Positions 26,625 through 36,088 of a stretch of DNA of 64,000 nt are shown here, one piece after another; position 1 is the first letter of the stretch; each line of letters opens with the position of its first letter. Source of the stretch: Nitrospira japonica (GTDB lineage Bacteria > Nitrospirota > Thermodesulfovibrionia > Thermodesulfovibrionales > SM23-35). The notes below the pieces were generated by a model. The model worked only from the letters and a program-made list of their open reading frames with translations. It was not told the origin of the DNA and made no database searches. The stretch spans positions 32,001 through 96,000 of the forward strand of contig DYFC01000032.1 in the NCBI GenBank assembly GCA_020725385.1, in the 5' to 3' direction. The position numbers and the translations under genes were made by a program.

Positions 26625-27911
26625 ATGGATAATCCAAAGAAAAATGTTATGACAGAAAACATGCCTATTTCTGCACTCAAAGAAAAAACAATTGATGAAT
26701 TGACAGAAGTCGCCCGTGAACTGAATGTCGAGGGTGCAAGCAGTATGCGCAAACAGGACCTTATATTCGCAATACTTCAAGCTCAAACAGAAAAAACAGG
26801 ATATGTTTTCTCAGAAGGAGTGCTTGAAATATTACCCGATGGTTTTGGCTTTTTAAGATCCCCTGATTACAGTTATTTGCCGGGACCTGACGATATATAT
26901 GTTTCTCCATCACAGATCAGGCGTTTTAATCTCAGAACAGGAGATCTTGTTTCTGGCCAGATAAGACCACCGAAAGAAAGCGAGCGTTATTTTGCTCTAC
27001 TTAAAGTTGAAGCAATAAACCATGAATCTCCCGATGAAAACATAAAAAGACCTTTGTTTGACAATCTAATTCCTTATTATCCGACAGAAAAAATAAAACT
27101 CGATTACGATCCAAATGATTACTGCACAAGAGTTATGGATTTAATTACTCCAATCGGTATGGGACAGAGAGGGATGATTGTTGCAGCACCAAGAACCGGT
27201 AAAACAATGCTTTTACAATCTATAGCAAAAGCAATCAAGAAAAATCACCGTGATATACATTTAATAATACTTCTAATCGATGAAAGACCTGAAGAAGTTA
27301 CGGACTGGAAAAGACAAGTACCCACTGCTGAAATTATAAGCTCAACATTCGATGAGCCACCGCAGCGTCATTGTCAGGTATCCGAGATGGTTGTTGAAAG
27401 AGCAAAAAGGCTTGTTGAATGCAAGAAAAATGTAGTAATTCTTCTTGATAGTATAACAAGATTGGCACGTGCATATAACTCTGTAATCCCAGCAAGCGGT
27501 AAAGTACTGTCAGGAGGTCTTGATTCTAATGCATTGCAGAGGCCCAAGAGGTTTTTCGGTACAGCAAGAAATATCGAAGATGGGGGTAGTCTTACAATTC
27601 TTGCTACAGCATTGGTTGATACAGGTAGCAGGATGGATGACGTTATATTTGAAGAATTTAAAGGCACTGGCAACATGGAATTGCATCTCGACAGAAAACT
27701 CGTTGACAAAAGAATATTCCCGAGCATTGATATTAATGCTTCCGGCACCCGTAAAGAAGAACTGCTTGTTGATAAAGATGTTCTTAACAAGATGTGGATT
27801 CTTAGAAAAGTTTTAACACCTCTGAGCACTGTTGAAAGCATGGAATTTTTACTCGGCAAGCTTATGGGCACGAAAAATAATAAAGAATTCCTTGATAAAA
27901 TGAATAAATAA
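26625..27911 (+). CDS. rho: Transcription termination factor Rho
   Basis: [41 protein letters not shown] and [10 protein letters not shown] motifs. Confidence 0.99.
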   Translation: MDNPKKNVMTENMPISALKEKTIDELTEVARELNVEGASSMRKQDLIFAILQAQTEKTGYVFSEGVLEILPDGFGFLRSPDYSYLPGPDDIYVSPSQIRRFNLRTGDLVSGQIRPPKESERYFALLKVEAINHESPDENIKRPLFDNLIPYYPTEKIKLDYDPNDYCTRVMDLITPIGMGQRGMIVAAPRTGKTMLLQSIAKAIKKNHRDIHLIILLIDERPEEVTDWKRQVPTAEIISSTFDEPPQRHCQVSEMVVERAKRLVECKKNVVILLDSITRLARAYNSVIPASGKVLSGGLDSNALQRPKRFFGTARNIEDGGSLTILATALVDTGSRMDDVIFEEFKGTGNMELHLDRKLVDKRIFPSIDINASGTRKEELLVDKDVLNKMWILRKVLTPLSTVESMEFLLGKLMGTKNNKEFLDKMNK

Positions 27912-27916
27912 CTTTA

Positions 27917-28320
27917 ATCGTGTCCGTAAAAGACAAGCTGCTAAGTTCCCAAGACACAAGTCTCCAAGCGAAGAGCAAGGAGCAGAGAGAAACTACACAC
28001 ACCCCTGCTCCCCTCTTTATAGAGGGGAAGTCAGGAGCCGTACCCGTTAACCGTGTCCGTAAAAACAAGATGCTCAGTTGTGAAGATACTAAGACACAAG
28101 CTAACAAGCGGCAAAGCCGACTGTTCTATGTTCAATGTTCTATGTAAAAAGCGGAGAGCAAAGAGCAATGAGCAAAGAGCTATAAAGACCATAAAGCGTA
28201 AGGCGTAAACTGTAACAACCGTAAGGTTTAAATCAATAAACGCGTGAAATGTTAAACAGGCTGCAAAGTAACAAAGAAACCAAGAAACAAAACCATTAAG
28301 CGTAAAATGTAAAAAAATAC
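27917..28320. repeat. Intergenic composite repeat: two CGTGTCCGTAAAA starts, CCCCTCT/AGAGGGG hairpin, 7-8-nt periodic tracts
   Basis: CGTGTCCGTAAAA at 27919 and 28052; GAGAGCA AAGAGCA ATGAGCA AAGAGCT at ~28154. Confidence 0.65.
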
Positions 28321-28324
28321 TAAA

Positions 28325-28729
28325 ATGATCTCAAAGAATATCATCCTTGAAGATGACCATTATTGTTTCGTTTGCGGGAAAAATAATACTTTTGGACTAC
28401 AACTTGAATTTTCACTCCATAACGGTAAAGTTATAAGTGAGTTTGTTTTAAAAAAAGCACAACAGGGCTATAAGGATATAGTTCATGGCGGCATAATATC
28501 TACAATCCTTGATGAAGCAATGGTTAAAACAGCTTTATTGCAAAATATGCCTGCTGTCACTGCAGAAATCACTATTAGATTTCGCAATCCTTTAATGGTT
28601 GATGAACCTGCATTTGTTGAGGCATTTATAGAAAAAAACAGGAAGAAAATTATCGAAACACGTTCGGAAATAAGAAAAAAAGACAACACAATTATTGCAG
28701 AAGGTCATGCAAAATTAATCAGAATTTGA
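28325..28729 (+). CDS. PaaI family (hot-dog fold) thioesterase
   Basis: CFVCG.NN..GL and HGGIISTILDEAM motifs. Confidence 0.9.
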   Translation: MISKNIILEDDHYCFVCGKNNTFGLQLEFSLHNGKVISEFVLKKAQQGYKDIVHGGIISTILDEAMVKTALLQNMPAVTAEITIRFRNPLMVDEPAFVEAFIEKNRKKIIETRSEIRKKDNTIIAEGHAKLIRI

Positions 28730-29368
28730 AAGAAACAGAACAATTATATTTCTTGTAATATCGGTTAACGGTAAGGAAACAGATATAATTTTACTCCTCA
28801 CATCTTTAAGTTCTTTAAGTTCTTCCCCGGTTTTTGGTCCTTTGCTCAAAACCAGAAAGCCATTTTTTTTGATTATATGAGAAGTCTTCTTTAAAAAATC
28901 CCGGGAACCGAATAGTGCCCTTGTAACAGCAACATCAACAGGTTGTTCTATGTCTTGATTGACCCTGACTTTTTCAATTCGATTCTGTATTATACTTATG
29001 TCCTTAAGGCCGAGTTTCCATATAATGTGTTTGAGAAAAGTTATTTTTTTAAGCGTAGGCTCTATTAAAAACATCTTTATTTCAGGTCTTACAATCTTTA
29101 TAGGTATTCCAGGGAATCCGGCTCCGCTACCAATATCAGCAACCTTAATTTCCTCCCCGGGGAGTGCTTTAAGATAAAGCAATGAATCAAAAAAATGCTT
29201 GATAATTATCTCTCTGTCATCTACTATTCTGGTAAGATTATATGCTTTATTCCATTTTTTGAGTTCGCCAAGGTAAATAATAAAACTTTGTATCTGGTTT
29301 TCGGACAAAGAAAGATTTAATTCTGAAAAGCCATTTTTTAAAAGTTCAACAATATGTTCTTTATTCAT
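28715..29368 (-). CDS. rsmG: 16S rRNA m7G527 methyltransferase
   Basis: WNKAYNLT, HFFDSL, DIGSGAGFPGIP and TRA motifs. Confidence 0.96.
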   Translation of the reverse strand: MNKEHIVELLKNGFSELNLSLSENQIQSFIIYLGELKKWNKAYNLTRIVDDREIIIKHFFDSLLYLKALPGEEIKVADIGSGAGFPGIPIKIVRPEIKMFLIEPTLKKITFLKHIIWKLGLKDISIIQNRIEKVRVNQDIEQPVDVAVTRALFGSRDFLKKTSHIIKKNGFLVLSKGPKTGEELKELKDVRSKIISVSLPLTDITRNIIVLFLSNSD

Positions 29369-29408
29369 TCATTTATATAAACAAAATACATTTCACCAGC
29401 GTCTTAAA

Positions 29409-30032
29409 CTACCTGCCTTTCATTGATTCTTTGCCTTTTCTTTTATCCCATCTGCCGGTAATTGTATTCCATACAGATAGAAACATTAATTTTATATCGA
29501 GCCATAAGGACATTTTCTCAATATACTCCAGGTCATATTTTATTTTCAAAATCGGATCATCCTCAGGATTATAGACCTGTGCAAGTCCTGTAAGTCCGGG
29601 TCTTACGCTTAGTCTTTTCGCAAAATCAGGGATTTTGTTTTCGAGAAGTTTTTGCTCATCAATTGCAAGGGCTCTCGGTCCAACAAAACTCATATCACCC
29701 CTGAAAATACTCAATAAGCTTGGTAATTCATCAAGAGCTGTTTTCCTTAGAATTTTCCCAACTTTTGTTAATCTTGGATCATCTTCTATTGTCCATGAAG
29801 GTCCGATTTTATCAGCTCCCTTAATCATTGTCCGGAATTTATAAACAGGAAATTCTTTTCTTCCCATCCCGGCTCTTTTCTGGCCATAAAAAATGGGAAA
29901 GCCATCTTCAAGAAAAATCAGTAGCGGGATAATTATCCAGAGGGCAAGCCAGAGGGGAAATAGAATCACATGCGCTAAAATTAGAACGCTAAGATCGAAT
30001 ATCCGTTTGTATGAGGGAGATTTCAATTCCAT
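29409..30032 (-). CDS. Bacterial sugar transferase (priming phosphoglycosyl transferase)
   Basis: KRIFD, YKFRTM, DDPRLT, LDELP, GDMSFVGPR and RPGLTGLAQV. The ORF-track start at 30125 runs through the tRNA, so ATG 30032 is used. Confidence 0.92.
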   Translation of the reverse strand: MELKSPSYKRIFDLSVLILAHVILFPLWLALWIIIPLLIFLEDGFPIFYGQKRAGMGRKEFPVYKFRTMIKGADKIGPSWTIEDDPRLTKVGKILRKTALDELPSLLSIFRGDMSFVGPRALAIDEQKLLENKIPDFAKRLSVRPGLTGLAQVYNPEDDPILKIKYDLEYIEKMSLWLDIKLMFLSVWNTITGRWDKRKGKESMKGR

Positions 30033-30036
30033 TTTT

Positions 30037-30123
30037 TGGTGCCGGTGGTGGGAGTCGAACCCACACGGAGTTGCCCCCACCGGATTTTGAGTCCGGCGCG
30101 TCTGCCAATTCCACCACACCGGC
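30037..30123 (-). tRNA. tRNA-Leu (CAA)
   Basis: GCCGGTG acceptor stem, anticodon arm CCGGA-CTCAAAA-TCCGG, long variable arm, GGTTCGACTCC T arm, encoded CCA. Confidence 0.97.
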
Positions 30124-30205
30124 AAAGAATATAAATTTTCAAAATTTTATATTTAAAACTTTGATTCGAAAATATATCTTTTAAAAAGTTTAGAACCAGT
30201 AATTG

Positions 30206-30400
30206 CTATTTTTTATGCATTCGTAAAAAGTTTGCGATCGAACGGTCGTATGTTTTCTCGTATTCTTTGTTAAAAAAACATCCCGGCAATTCGCCCTGAC
30301 GTCTATGATAAAGAATACATTCGCAACATTTACCTTTTCGTTCGCATGGTTCATATGTACATGTGCATAATTTTAAATTCTTACTCTGTATGCATTCCAT
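30206..30400 (-). CDS. Small Cys-rich protein (DUF6485-like)
   Basis: [21 protein letters not shown]...ELPGCFF pattern. Confidence 0.7.
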   Translation of the reverse strand: MECIQSKNLKLCTCTYEPCERKGKCCECILYHRRQGELPGCFFNKEYEKTYDRSIANFLRMHKK

Positions 30401-30475
30401 ATTTCACACCATCCAATTAATCAAGAGATTCTAAATTGTACCTTATAAATTTCGCAATTTACAATATAAAGATTT

Positions 30476-31864
30476 TTATTTTCCTATACAGAATTCACTG
30501 AAAATTTTATTAAGAATATCCTCGGTTGTTATTATTCCAACGATTTGACCTAAAGCATCCAATGCTTCTCTTAATTCAATTGATATTATTTCAAGAGGTT
30601 GATTTTCTGACAATGCTAAAGCTGCTCTTTCAAGTGCTGATACTGCCTTTTCTATTGATATTTTATGCCGTATGTTGGAAATAACAACTCCTTCTCTTTC
30701 TTCAGGCCAGTCTTTAATGCAATTTTCAAAAATTGTTTCTTTAAGCTCTTCTAACCCTATACTATTAATTGCGGATATTTTAAGAATTTTAGTTCGGTTA
30801 TGTATGAATCCGGAAATGGTTTCTTCATTAATTGAAGCTGGCAAATCACACTTATTTAGAACATAAATTGTATTTTTATTTTTTACCTTTTCGATAACTT
30901 CTTTATCTTCTTTTGTTAAAGCCTGGCTGCAATCAAAAATCGCTATAACAAGGTCAGCGTTTTCAATACTTTTCAGACTTCTTCTGACGCCTTCTTTTTC
31001 AGCAGAATCTTCAACATCTCTGATTCCAGCTGTATCCATTATTCTCAAAGGGAGCCCTTTAATATTAAGGTATTCTTCAATTACATCTCTTGTTGTCCCG
31101 GGAGTTGATGTTACTATAGCTCTGTCTTTCATCAACAATGCATTCAATAAGGACGATTTTCCAACATTGGGTCTTCCTACTATAGCTGTTGCAAGACCTT
31201 CCCTGAAAAATCTGGCCTCTTCGTAAGTCTTTAGCAAATTTTTCAGTTCATTGCAGATTGCATTTGTTGATTGTAATATTTCTTCTTTTGAAGAAGTTTC
31301 AATCTCATCTTCCGGAAAATCTATATAAGCCTCAAGGTGAACGCACACTTCTGTGATTCTATTCCTGATTCGGGTAATCTTTTCGGACAAGCCGCCCTGA
31401 AGCTGCTCAAGAGCGATGCGCCTGCTTTCATCGGTCTTTGAACGAATTAGATCTATAACTGCTTCTGCCTGAGTTAAATCAATTCTGCCGTTTAAAAATG
31501 CTCTTTTTGTAAATTCCCCGGGTTCAGCGAGTCTTGCACCTGATTGAAGTACAAGATTAAGAATTCTTTTTAAGGTAATCATGCCACTATGGCAATTTAT
31601 TTCAACAACATCTTCTTTTGTATAAGAATAAGGAGCTTTCATTAAGGTTATCAGGACCTCATCAATTTTTCTTTGAGAAGAAGGGTCAATTATAAAACCA
31701 TAAATTATTCTACGGGATTTTAAACCGGAAAGGGTTTTGTTTTTAGGTGATAGGAATATTTTTTCAACGATACTTACAGCATTGCTTCCGCTTAACCTTA
31801 TTATACCAATTCCACCTTCTCCAAGAGGGGTGGAAATAGCAGCTATTGTATCTTCATCAAACAT
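30476..31864 (-). CDS. mnmE: tRNA modification GTPase MnmE
   Basis: DTIAAISTP, GEFTKRAFLNG, GRPNVGKSSL, GTTRD and FCIGK C-terminus. Confidence 0.98.
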   Translation of the reverse strand: MFDEDTIAAISTPLGEGGIGIIRLSGSNAVSIVEKIFLSPKNKTLSGLKSRRIIYGFIIDPSSQRKIDEVLITLMKAPYSYTKEDVVEINCHSGMITLKRILNLVLQSGARLAEPGEFTKRAFLNGRIDLTQAEAVIDLIRSKTDESRRIALEQLQGGLSEKITRIRNRITEVCVHLEAYIDFPEDEIETSSKEEILQSTNAICNELKNLLKTYEEARFFREGLATAIVGRPNVGKSSLLNALLMKDRAIVTSTPGTTRDVIEEYLNIKGLPLRIMDTAGIRDVEDSAEKEGVRRSLKSIENADLVIAIFDCSQALTKEDKEVIEKVKNKNTIYVLNKCDLPASINEETISGFIHNRTKILKISAINSIGLEELKETIFENCIKDWPEEREGVVISNIRHKISIEKAVSALERAALALSENQPLEIISIELREALDALGQIVGIITTEDILNKIFSEFCIGK

Positions 31865-31897
31865 CAATATTTAGTATATATCAAAATGATATGAGTA

Positions 31898-33490
31898 TTA
31901 AGATGAGGATTCTTTTGCCATTTTCTGATTAACATATACTTGCTGTGCGATGCCAAAAATATTGTTGACGAGCCAGTACAACACAAGACCGGATGCAAAA
32001 TTAAGGAAGAGAAAAGTGAAAATAACAGGCATAAACAGCATCAATCTGTTTTGCATAGGATCCATACTTGTAGGGGTCATCTTCTGTTGTATGAGCATGG
32101 TTGCTCCCATAAGGATTGGAAGCGGTCCAACAGCAAATCCGCCTATTAATGGAAGCCACGCAGGAAGATGGCCGAATAAAGTATCCGGAGCAGAGAGGTC
32201 TTTAATCCAGAAAATAAAAGGAGCGCCTCTTAATTCAATTGAAATGAGTAGTATTTTATAAAGAGCAAAAAATACAGGGATTTGAAGCAAAATCGGCAGA
32301 CAACCACCGAGCGGATTAACTTTGTGTGTTTTATAAATTTCCATCATCTCACGCTGCATTCTCTGCGGGTCTTTTTTGTATTTTTCACGAATTTCAGCCA
32401 TTCTCGGTTGAATTTCCTGAAGCTTTTTCATTGATTTCTGGCTTTTGTTAATTAAAGGTATAAATGGAATTCTCACAATAATTGTGAGTAACACAATGGC
32501 CCATCCATAATTACCACCTATTTTATAAAGCATTTTTAATACCCAGAAAAGTGGAACAGCAAGGATTGAAAAGAACCCGAAATCAATAATGTGTTCGAGA
32601 CCTCTGTTTAAGGCTTTAAGTGTATCGTATTCTTTAGGACCGGCATAAAGCATGAAATTATTTGTTCCTGCTTTTCCTTTAAGCGCAATTACCGGGGAAT
32701 CTTTTGCTTTCCAGACTTTTACTTCATCCATTGGATTAAGCGGTACAATCGATGCAAAAAAATATTTATCTTCCTGTGCAATCCACTTAATCTGACCTTT
32801 AAAAGTTTTTGGTTCATTTAAGTTTTTTAATGAAAATTCAAGTCTGTCAGTATCATCTTTTAAAAGAACAGGTCCAAAATGGGTAGAAGCATCTGTTTTA
32901 TCGTGGATTCCAAAATCAGTTCCAACAGTAATCCAGTATTCAGATGGCCCGGAAAGGTCATCTTTAACATCAATTTTGTAACTATCATTATAAAAAGTAA
33001 ATGTTCTTCTCACACTAAAACCTGAAGAAGCGTATTCAAAAGTTAATGAATCGGATTTCTTGTTATTGTCAAGTTTTATATTTTTACCCGTTGAACTGAA
33101 GAAAATATTTGAGAGTTCGAATTCTTCCTTTGAACCAATTCCAAGGGCAGGAATTTCGCCTGTTGATTTTAATAAAACAACGTTATTGCCTTTATTGTCT
33201 TTGTATTTTTTAAGTTCAAAATGTTTAATGGTAGCTCCTTTATTAGAAAATACCGCTGAATATAGATCAGTTTCTACTTTAATTTCTTTTTCTTCGGAAG
33301 GAATATTTTTTGGTTGTATTTCCAATAAAGTTTTTGGTTGAACCTCTGGAGTTGACTCTACAGGTTTTTGTTCGCTGGTTGAAGGTTTTTGAACCTGCTG
33401 CGGCTGTGGTTCTGGTTTAACGAAAAAGTATTGATATGCAAAAAGTATTAAAAAAGAAAGCGCAACAGCTATTAATGCTCTTTTTTCCAT
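31898..33490 (-). CDS. yidC: Membrane protein insertase YidC
   Basis: NYGWAI, NPLGGCLPILLQIPVF, WIKDLS and GLVLYW motifs. Confidence 0.97.
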   Translation of the reverse strand: MEKRALIAVALSFLILFAYQYFFVKPEPQPQQVQKPSTSEQKPVESTPEVQPKTLLEIQPKNIPSEEKEIKVETDLYSAVFSNKGATIKHFELKKYKDNKGNNVVLLKSTGEIPALGIGSKEEFELSNIFFSSTGKNIKLDNNKKSDSLTFEYASSGFSVRRTFTFYNDSYKIDVKDDLSGPSEYWITVGTDFGIHDKTDASTHFGPVLLKDDTDRLEFSLKNLNEPKTFKGQIKWIAQEDKYFFASIVPLNPMDEVKVWKAKDSPVIALKGKAGTNNFMLYAGPKEYDTLKALNRGLEHIIDFGFFSILAVPLFWVLKMLYKIGGNYGWAIVLLTIIVRIPFIPLINKSQKSMKKLQEIQPRMAEIREKYKKDPQRMQREMMEIYKTHKVNPLGGCLPILLQIPVFFALYKILLISIELRGAPFIFWIKDLSAPDTLFGHLPAWLPLIGGFAVGPLPILMGATMLIQQKMTPTSMDPMQNRLMLFMPVIFTFLFLNFASGLVLYWLVNNIFGIAQQVYVNQKMAKESSS

Positions 33491-33493
33491 AGT

Positions 33494-33703
33494 TTATTTA
33501 ACAGGGTCATACCCGCCGGGATGGAACGGGTGACACCTTAATATCCTCCTCAGAGATAGAAAAATTCCTTTAAAAGCTCCATACTTCCGAATAGCCTCTA
33601 TAGAATATTGCGAGCACGAAGGAAAAAAACGACAGCTTGAAGGAAAAATCGGAGATATACAATATCTATAACATTTAATCAGCAGTATTAAAAATGCCTT
33701 CAT
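33494..33703 (-). CDS. yidD: Membrane protein insertion efficiency factor YidD
   Basis: [10 protein letters not shown]...[16 protein letters not shown]. Confidence 0.96.
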   Translation of the reverse strand: MKAFLILLIKCYRYCISPIFPSSCRFFPSCSQYSIEAIRKYGAFKGIFLSLRRILRCHPFHPGGYDPVK

Positions 33704-34034
33704 CTTTAAACCTTAACAGAGCCATCTTAATGTCATTAATAAAATCATTGAGTGTGCCTTCCGGAGCTAATTTCCGGGCGACAATAACAATATCACATGG
33801 CACCGGAATTTCTTTTGTCAAAGCTCTCAGGGATTCCCTCAGAAGGCGCTTTAATCTGTTTCTTACAACTGCTTTGCCGATTTTTTTCCCAACAGCAAGT
33901 CCCAAACGGCTAAAATTCAGGCTATTCGGCATCGCATAAATTACGAGATATTTTGAACTTTGATTTTTGCCTTTCTTAAATACTAAATCAAAGTCCCGTC
34001 TTTTCGTTAAGGTTCTTAATGACTGCTGATTCAT
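33675..34034 (-). CDS. rnpA: RNase P protein component
   Basis: [25 protein letters not shown]. Confidence 0.96.
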   Translation of the reverse strand: MNQQSLRTLTKRRDFDLVFKKGKNQSSKYLVIYAMPNSLNFSRLGLAVGKKIGKAVVRNRLKRLLRESLRALTKEIPVPCDIVIVARKLAPEGTLNDFINDIKMALLRFKDEGIFNTAD

Positions 34035-34174
34035 CAGACAGTCAGTCTCTTGCGTCCTTTGTCCCTTCTTCTTTTGAGAACCTTGCGACCGCCTGAAGAG
34101 CTCATTCTCTCCAAAAAGCCGTGTGTCTTTTTCCTTTTACGGTTATGTGGATGATATGTTGTATATGTTGCCAT
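34034..34174 (-). CDS. rpmH: 50S ribosomal protein L34
   Basis: Manual translation [46 protein letters not shown]; below ORF-track cutoff. Confidence 0.96.
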   Translation of the reverse strand: MATYTTYHPHNRKRKKTHGFLERMSSSGGRKVLKRRRDKGRKRLTV

Positions 34175-34237
34175 AATTCAGAATTAATATTTTAGTTTTT
34201 TCTTGAAAATAAAGTCAAGGTTGTTTAAGATGATTAT

Positions 34238-34615
34238 ATGAAATATGGTGAAAAGGCGATTAAAAAAGCTGAACTTGAAATATGGAATAATCCTGAACCC
34301 GAACGCGATTATGAAATAAATATTTCTTTTTCTGAATTTACCTGTCTTTGTCCACGTTCAGGTTATCCTGATTTTGCAACAATAAAAATCACTTATATTC
34401 CTGACAAAAAGATTGTAGAGTTGAAATCACTAAAACTCTATCTTAATTCGTATCGTGATATTCATATATCTCATGAGGAAGTTACCAATAGAATTTACAC
34501 TGAATTAGAGAAGAAACTCAAACCAAGATTTCTTGAAGTTATAGGAGATTTTAACCCGAGGGGTAATGTAAAGACTATCGTGAAAGTATGTTCGGATTTA
34601 AAAAGACTTAAATGA
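34238..34615 (+). CDS. queF: NADPH-dependent preQ0 reductase QueF (type I)
   Basis: [31 protein letters not shown] and PRG motifs. Confidence 0.96.
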   Translation: MKYGEKAIKKAELEIWNNPEPERDYEINISFSEFTCLCPRSGYPDFATIKITYIPDKKIVELKSLKLYLNSYRDIHISHEEVTNRIYTELEKKLKPRFLEVIGDFNPRGNVKTIVKVCSDLKRLK

Positions 34616-34616
34616 A

Positions 34617-35234
34617 CTATGCAGCTTTTGCTCTTTCAATGAATAATTTTAGTTTCTTTAAATCTTTCTTGCCTTTTTCAGCTTCAACACCACCACTTAC
34701 ATCAACGCCATAAGGTCTTACATGTCTAACTGCTTCGGAAATATTTTCAGGAGTCAAACCTCCTGCAAGGATAATATTTCCAAATTTTTTTGCTTCAACA
34801 GCTATATCCCAGTTGAAAATCTTGCCTGTACCGCCAAGTGAATCCGGTGAATATGCATCAAGCAAGAAAGCAGAAACATTGTCTTTATAATTAATTAGAG
34901 GTTCGAGACTCTGAAGGGATTTAATTCTAATGACTTTTACTATTTGCCTTGAAAAAGTGCTCAGTTTTGCAATTTCCTGTTCATAAATCTGTACAGCATC
35001 TATCCTGACACTTGATACAACTTCTTCAATCTGCGCCGGGCTCTGGTCAACAAAAACACCAATTGTAGTTACAAAAGGAGGAAGTTTTTTAATAATTAAT
35101 TCAGCATCTTTATAGGAAATCCAGCGGGGGCTCTTTTCGAAGAACACAAAACCAATTGCATCAGCTCCGGAATCTATTGCTGCAAGGGCATCATCAAGAT
35201 TAGTAATGCCGCATATTTTAACTCTTACTGCCAC
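34617..35234 (-). CDS. trpF: Phosphoribosylanthranilate isomerase
   Basis: VKICGIT, GGTG, LAGGLTPEN and GVDVSGGVE motifs. Confidence 0.96.
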   Translation of the reverse strand: MAVRVKICGITNLDDALAAIDSGADAIGFVFFEKSPRWISYKDAELIIKKLPPFVTTIGVFVDQSPAQIEEVVSSVRIDAVQIYEQEIAKLSTFSRQIVKVIRIKSLQSLEPLINYKDNVSAFLLDAYSPDSLGGTGKIFNWDIAVEAKKFGNIILAGGLTPENISEAVRHVRPYGVDVSGGVEAEKGKKDLKKLKLFIERAKAA

Positions 35235-35245
35235 GTATTATTTTA

Positions 35246-36031
35246 TCATAATCTCCCTTTTAGCTCATCAATTTTTTTACCAATATCGGGGGATTCCATA
35301 AATGCTGTGCCAATAAGCATTGCATCTATGCCATATTCCTGAAGCCTCTCTACATCCCTGTAATTTTTTATACCGCTTTCACTCACAACAATTCTCTCAG
35401 GCGGGATTTCTTTTTTCAGTTCAAAAGTTGTATTAATATCTATTTGTAAAGTCTTCAGATTTCTGTTATTAATTCCAATAATCTGGCAATCGATATGAAG
35501 GGCAACCTCGAGTTCCTTAAAATCATGCACTTCAAATAGAACCGATAGCCCGAGTTCTTTTGAAAGATGAATGTATTCGGAAGCCTGACTTTTTTCGAGT
35601 AGTCCGGCTATAAGTAATATTGCATCAGCCTGATATGCCCTTGCTTCATATATCTGATATTCATCAAAGATAAAATCCTTTCTTAAAACAGGCCTTGTTA
35701 AAATATTTTTAACTTCAGGAATAAATAATAAGTTTCCCTGAAAATAATCTTCTTCAGTAAGCACGGAAACTGCATCAACGGCTTTTTCTTCATAGATTTC
35801 TGCTATCTTCAGAGGATCAAAATCTTTCCGTATAATCCCTTTCGACGGGGAAGCCTTTTTTATCTCTGCGATAAGTTTTATATTATCCGAATTTCGTTTA
35901 ATTGTACTACTAAAGTCCAGAGGATTCTTAATATCAGCTATTTTTTCTTTCAGGTGGTAAAGAGGTGTTTTGTATTTTGTCTGTATAAGCCTTTCCTTTT
36001 TTCTATCGACAATTGTTTTTAAAATAGACAT
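35246..36031 (-). CDS. trpC: Indole-3-glycerol phosphate synthase
   Basis: IAEIKKASPSKG, LRKDF, GINNRNL and SESGI motifs. Confidence 0.97.
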   Translation of the reverse strand: MSILKTIVDRKKERLIQTKYKTPLYHLKEKIADIKNPLDFSSTIKRNSDNIKLIAEIKKASPSKGIIRKDFDPLKIAEIYEEKAVDAVSVLTEEDYFQGNLLFIPEVKNILTRPVLRKDFIFDEYQIYEARAYQADAILLIAGLLEKSQASEYIHLSKELGLSVLFEVHDFKELEVALHIDCQIIGINNRNLKTLQIDINTTFELKKEIPPERIVVSESGIKNYRDVERLQEYGIDAMLIGTAFMESPDIGKKIDELKGRL

Positions 36032-36088
36032 AGAAAATTTTAAAGCTTATACATTTGCTTTTTCAAGCTATCCATATCGAATCTTCGA

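Noticed and set aside
27862-28147. ORFs downstream of rho on both strands
   Set aside because: They lie on the periodic repeat tract; low complexity, no coding signal.
30033-30125. N-terminal extension of the sugar transferase in the ORF track
   Set aside because: It is the tRNA-Leu sequence read in frame.
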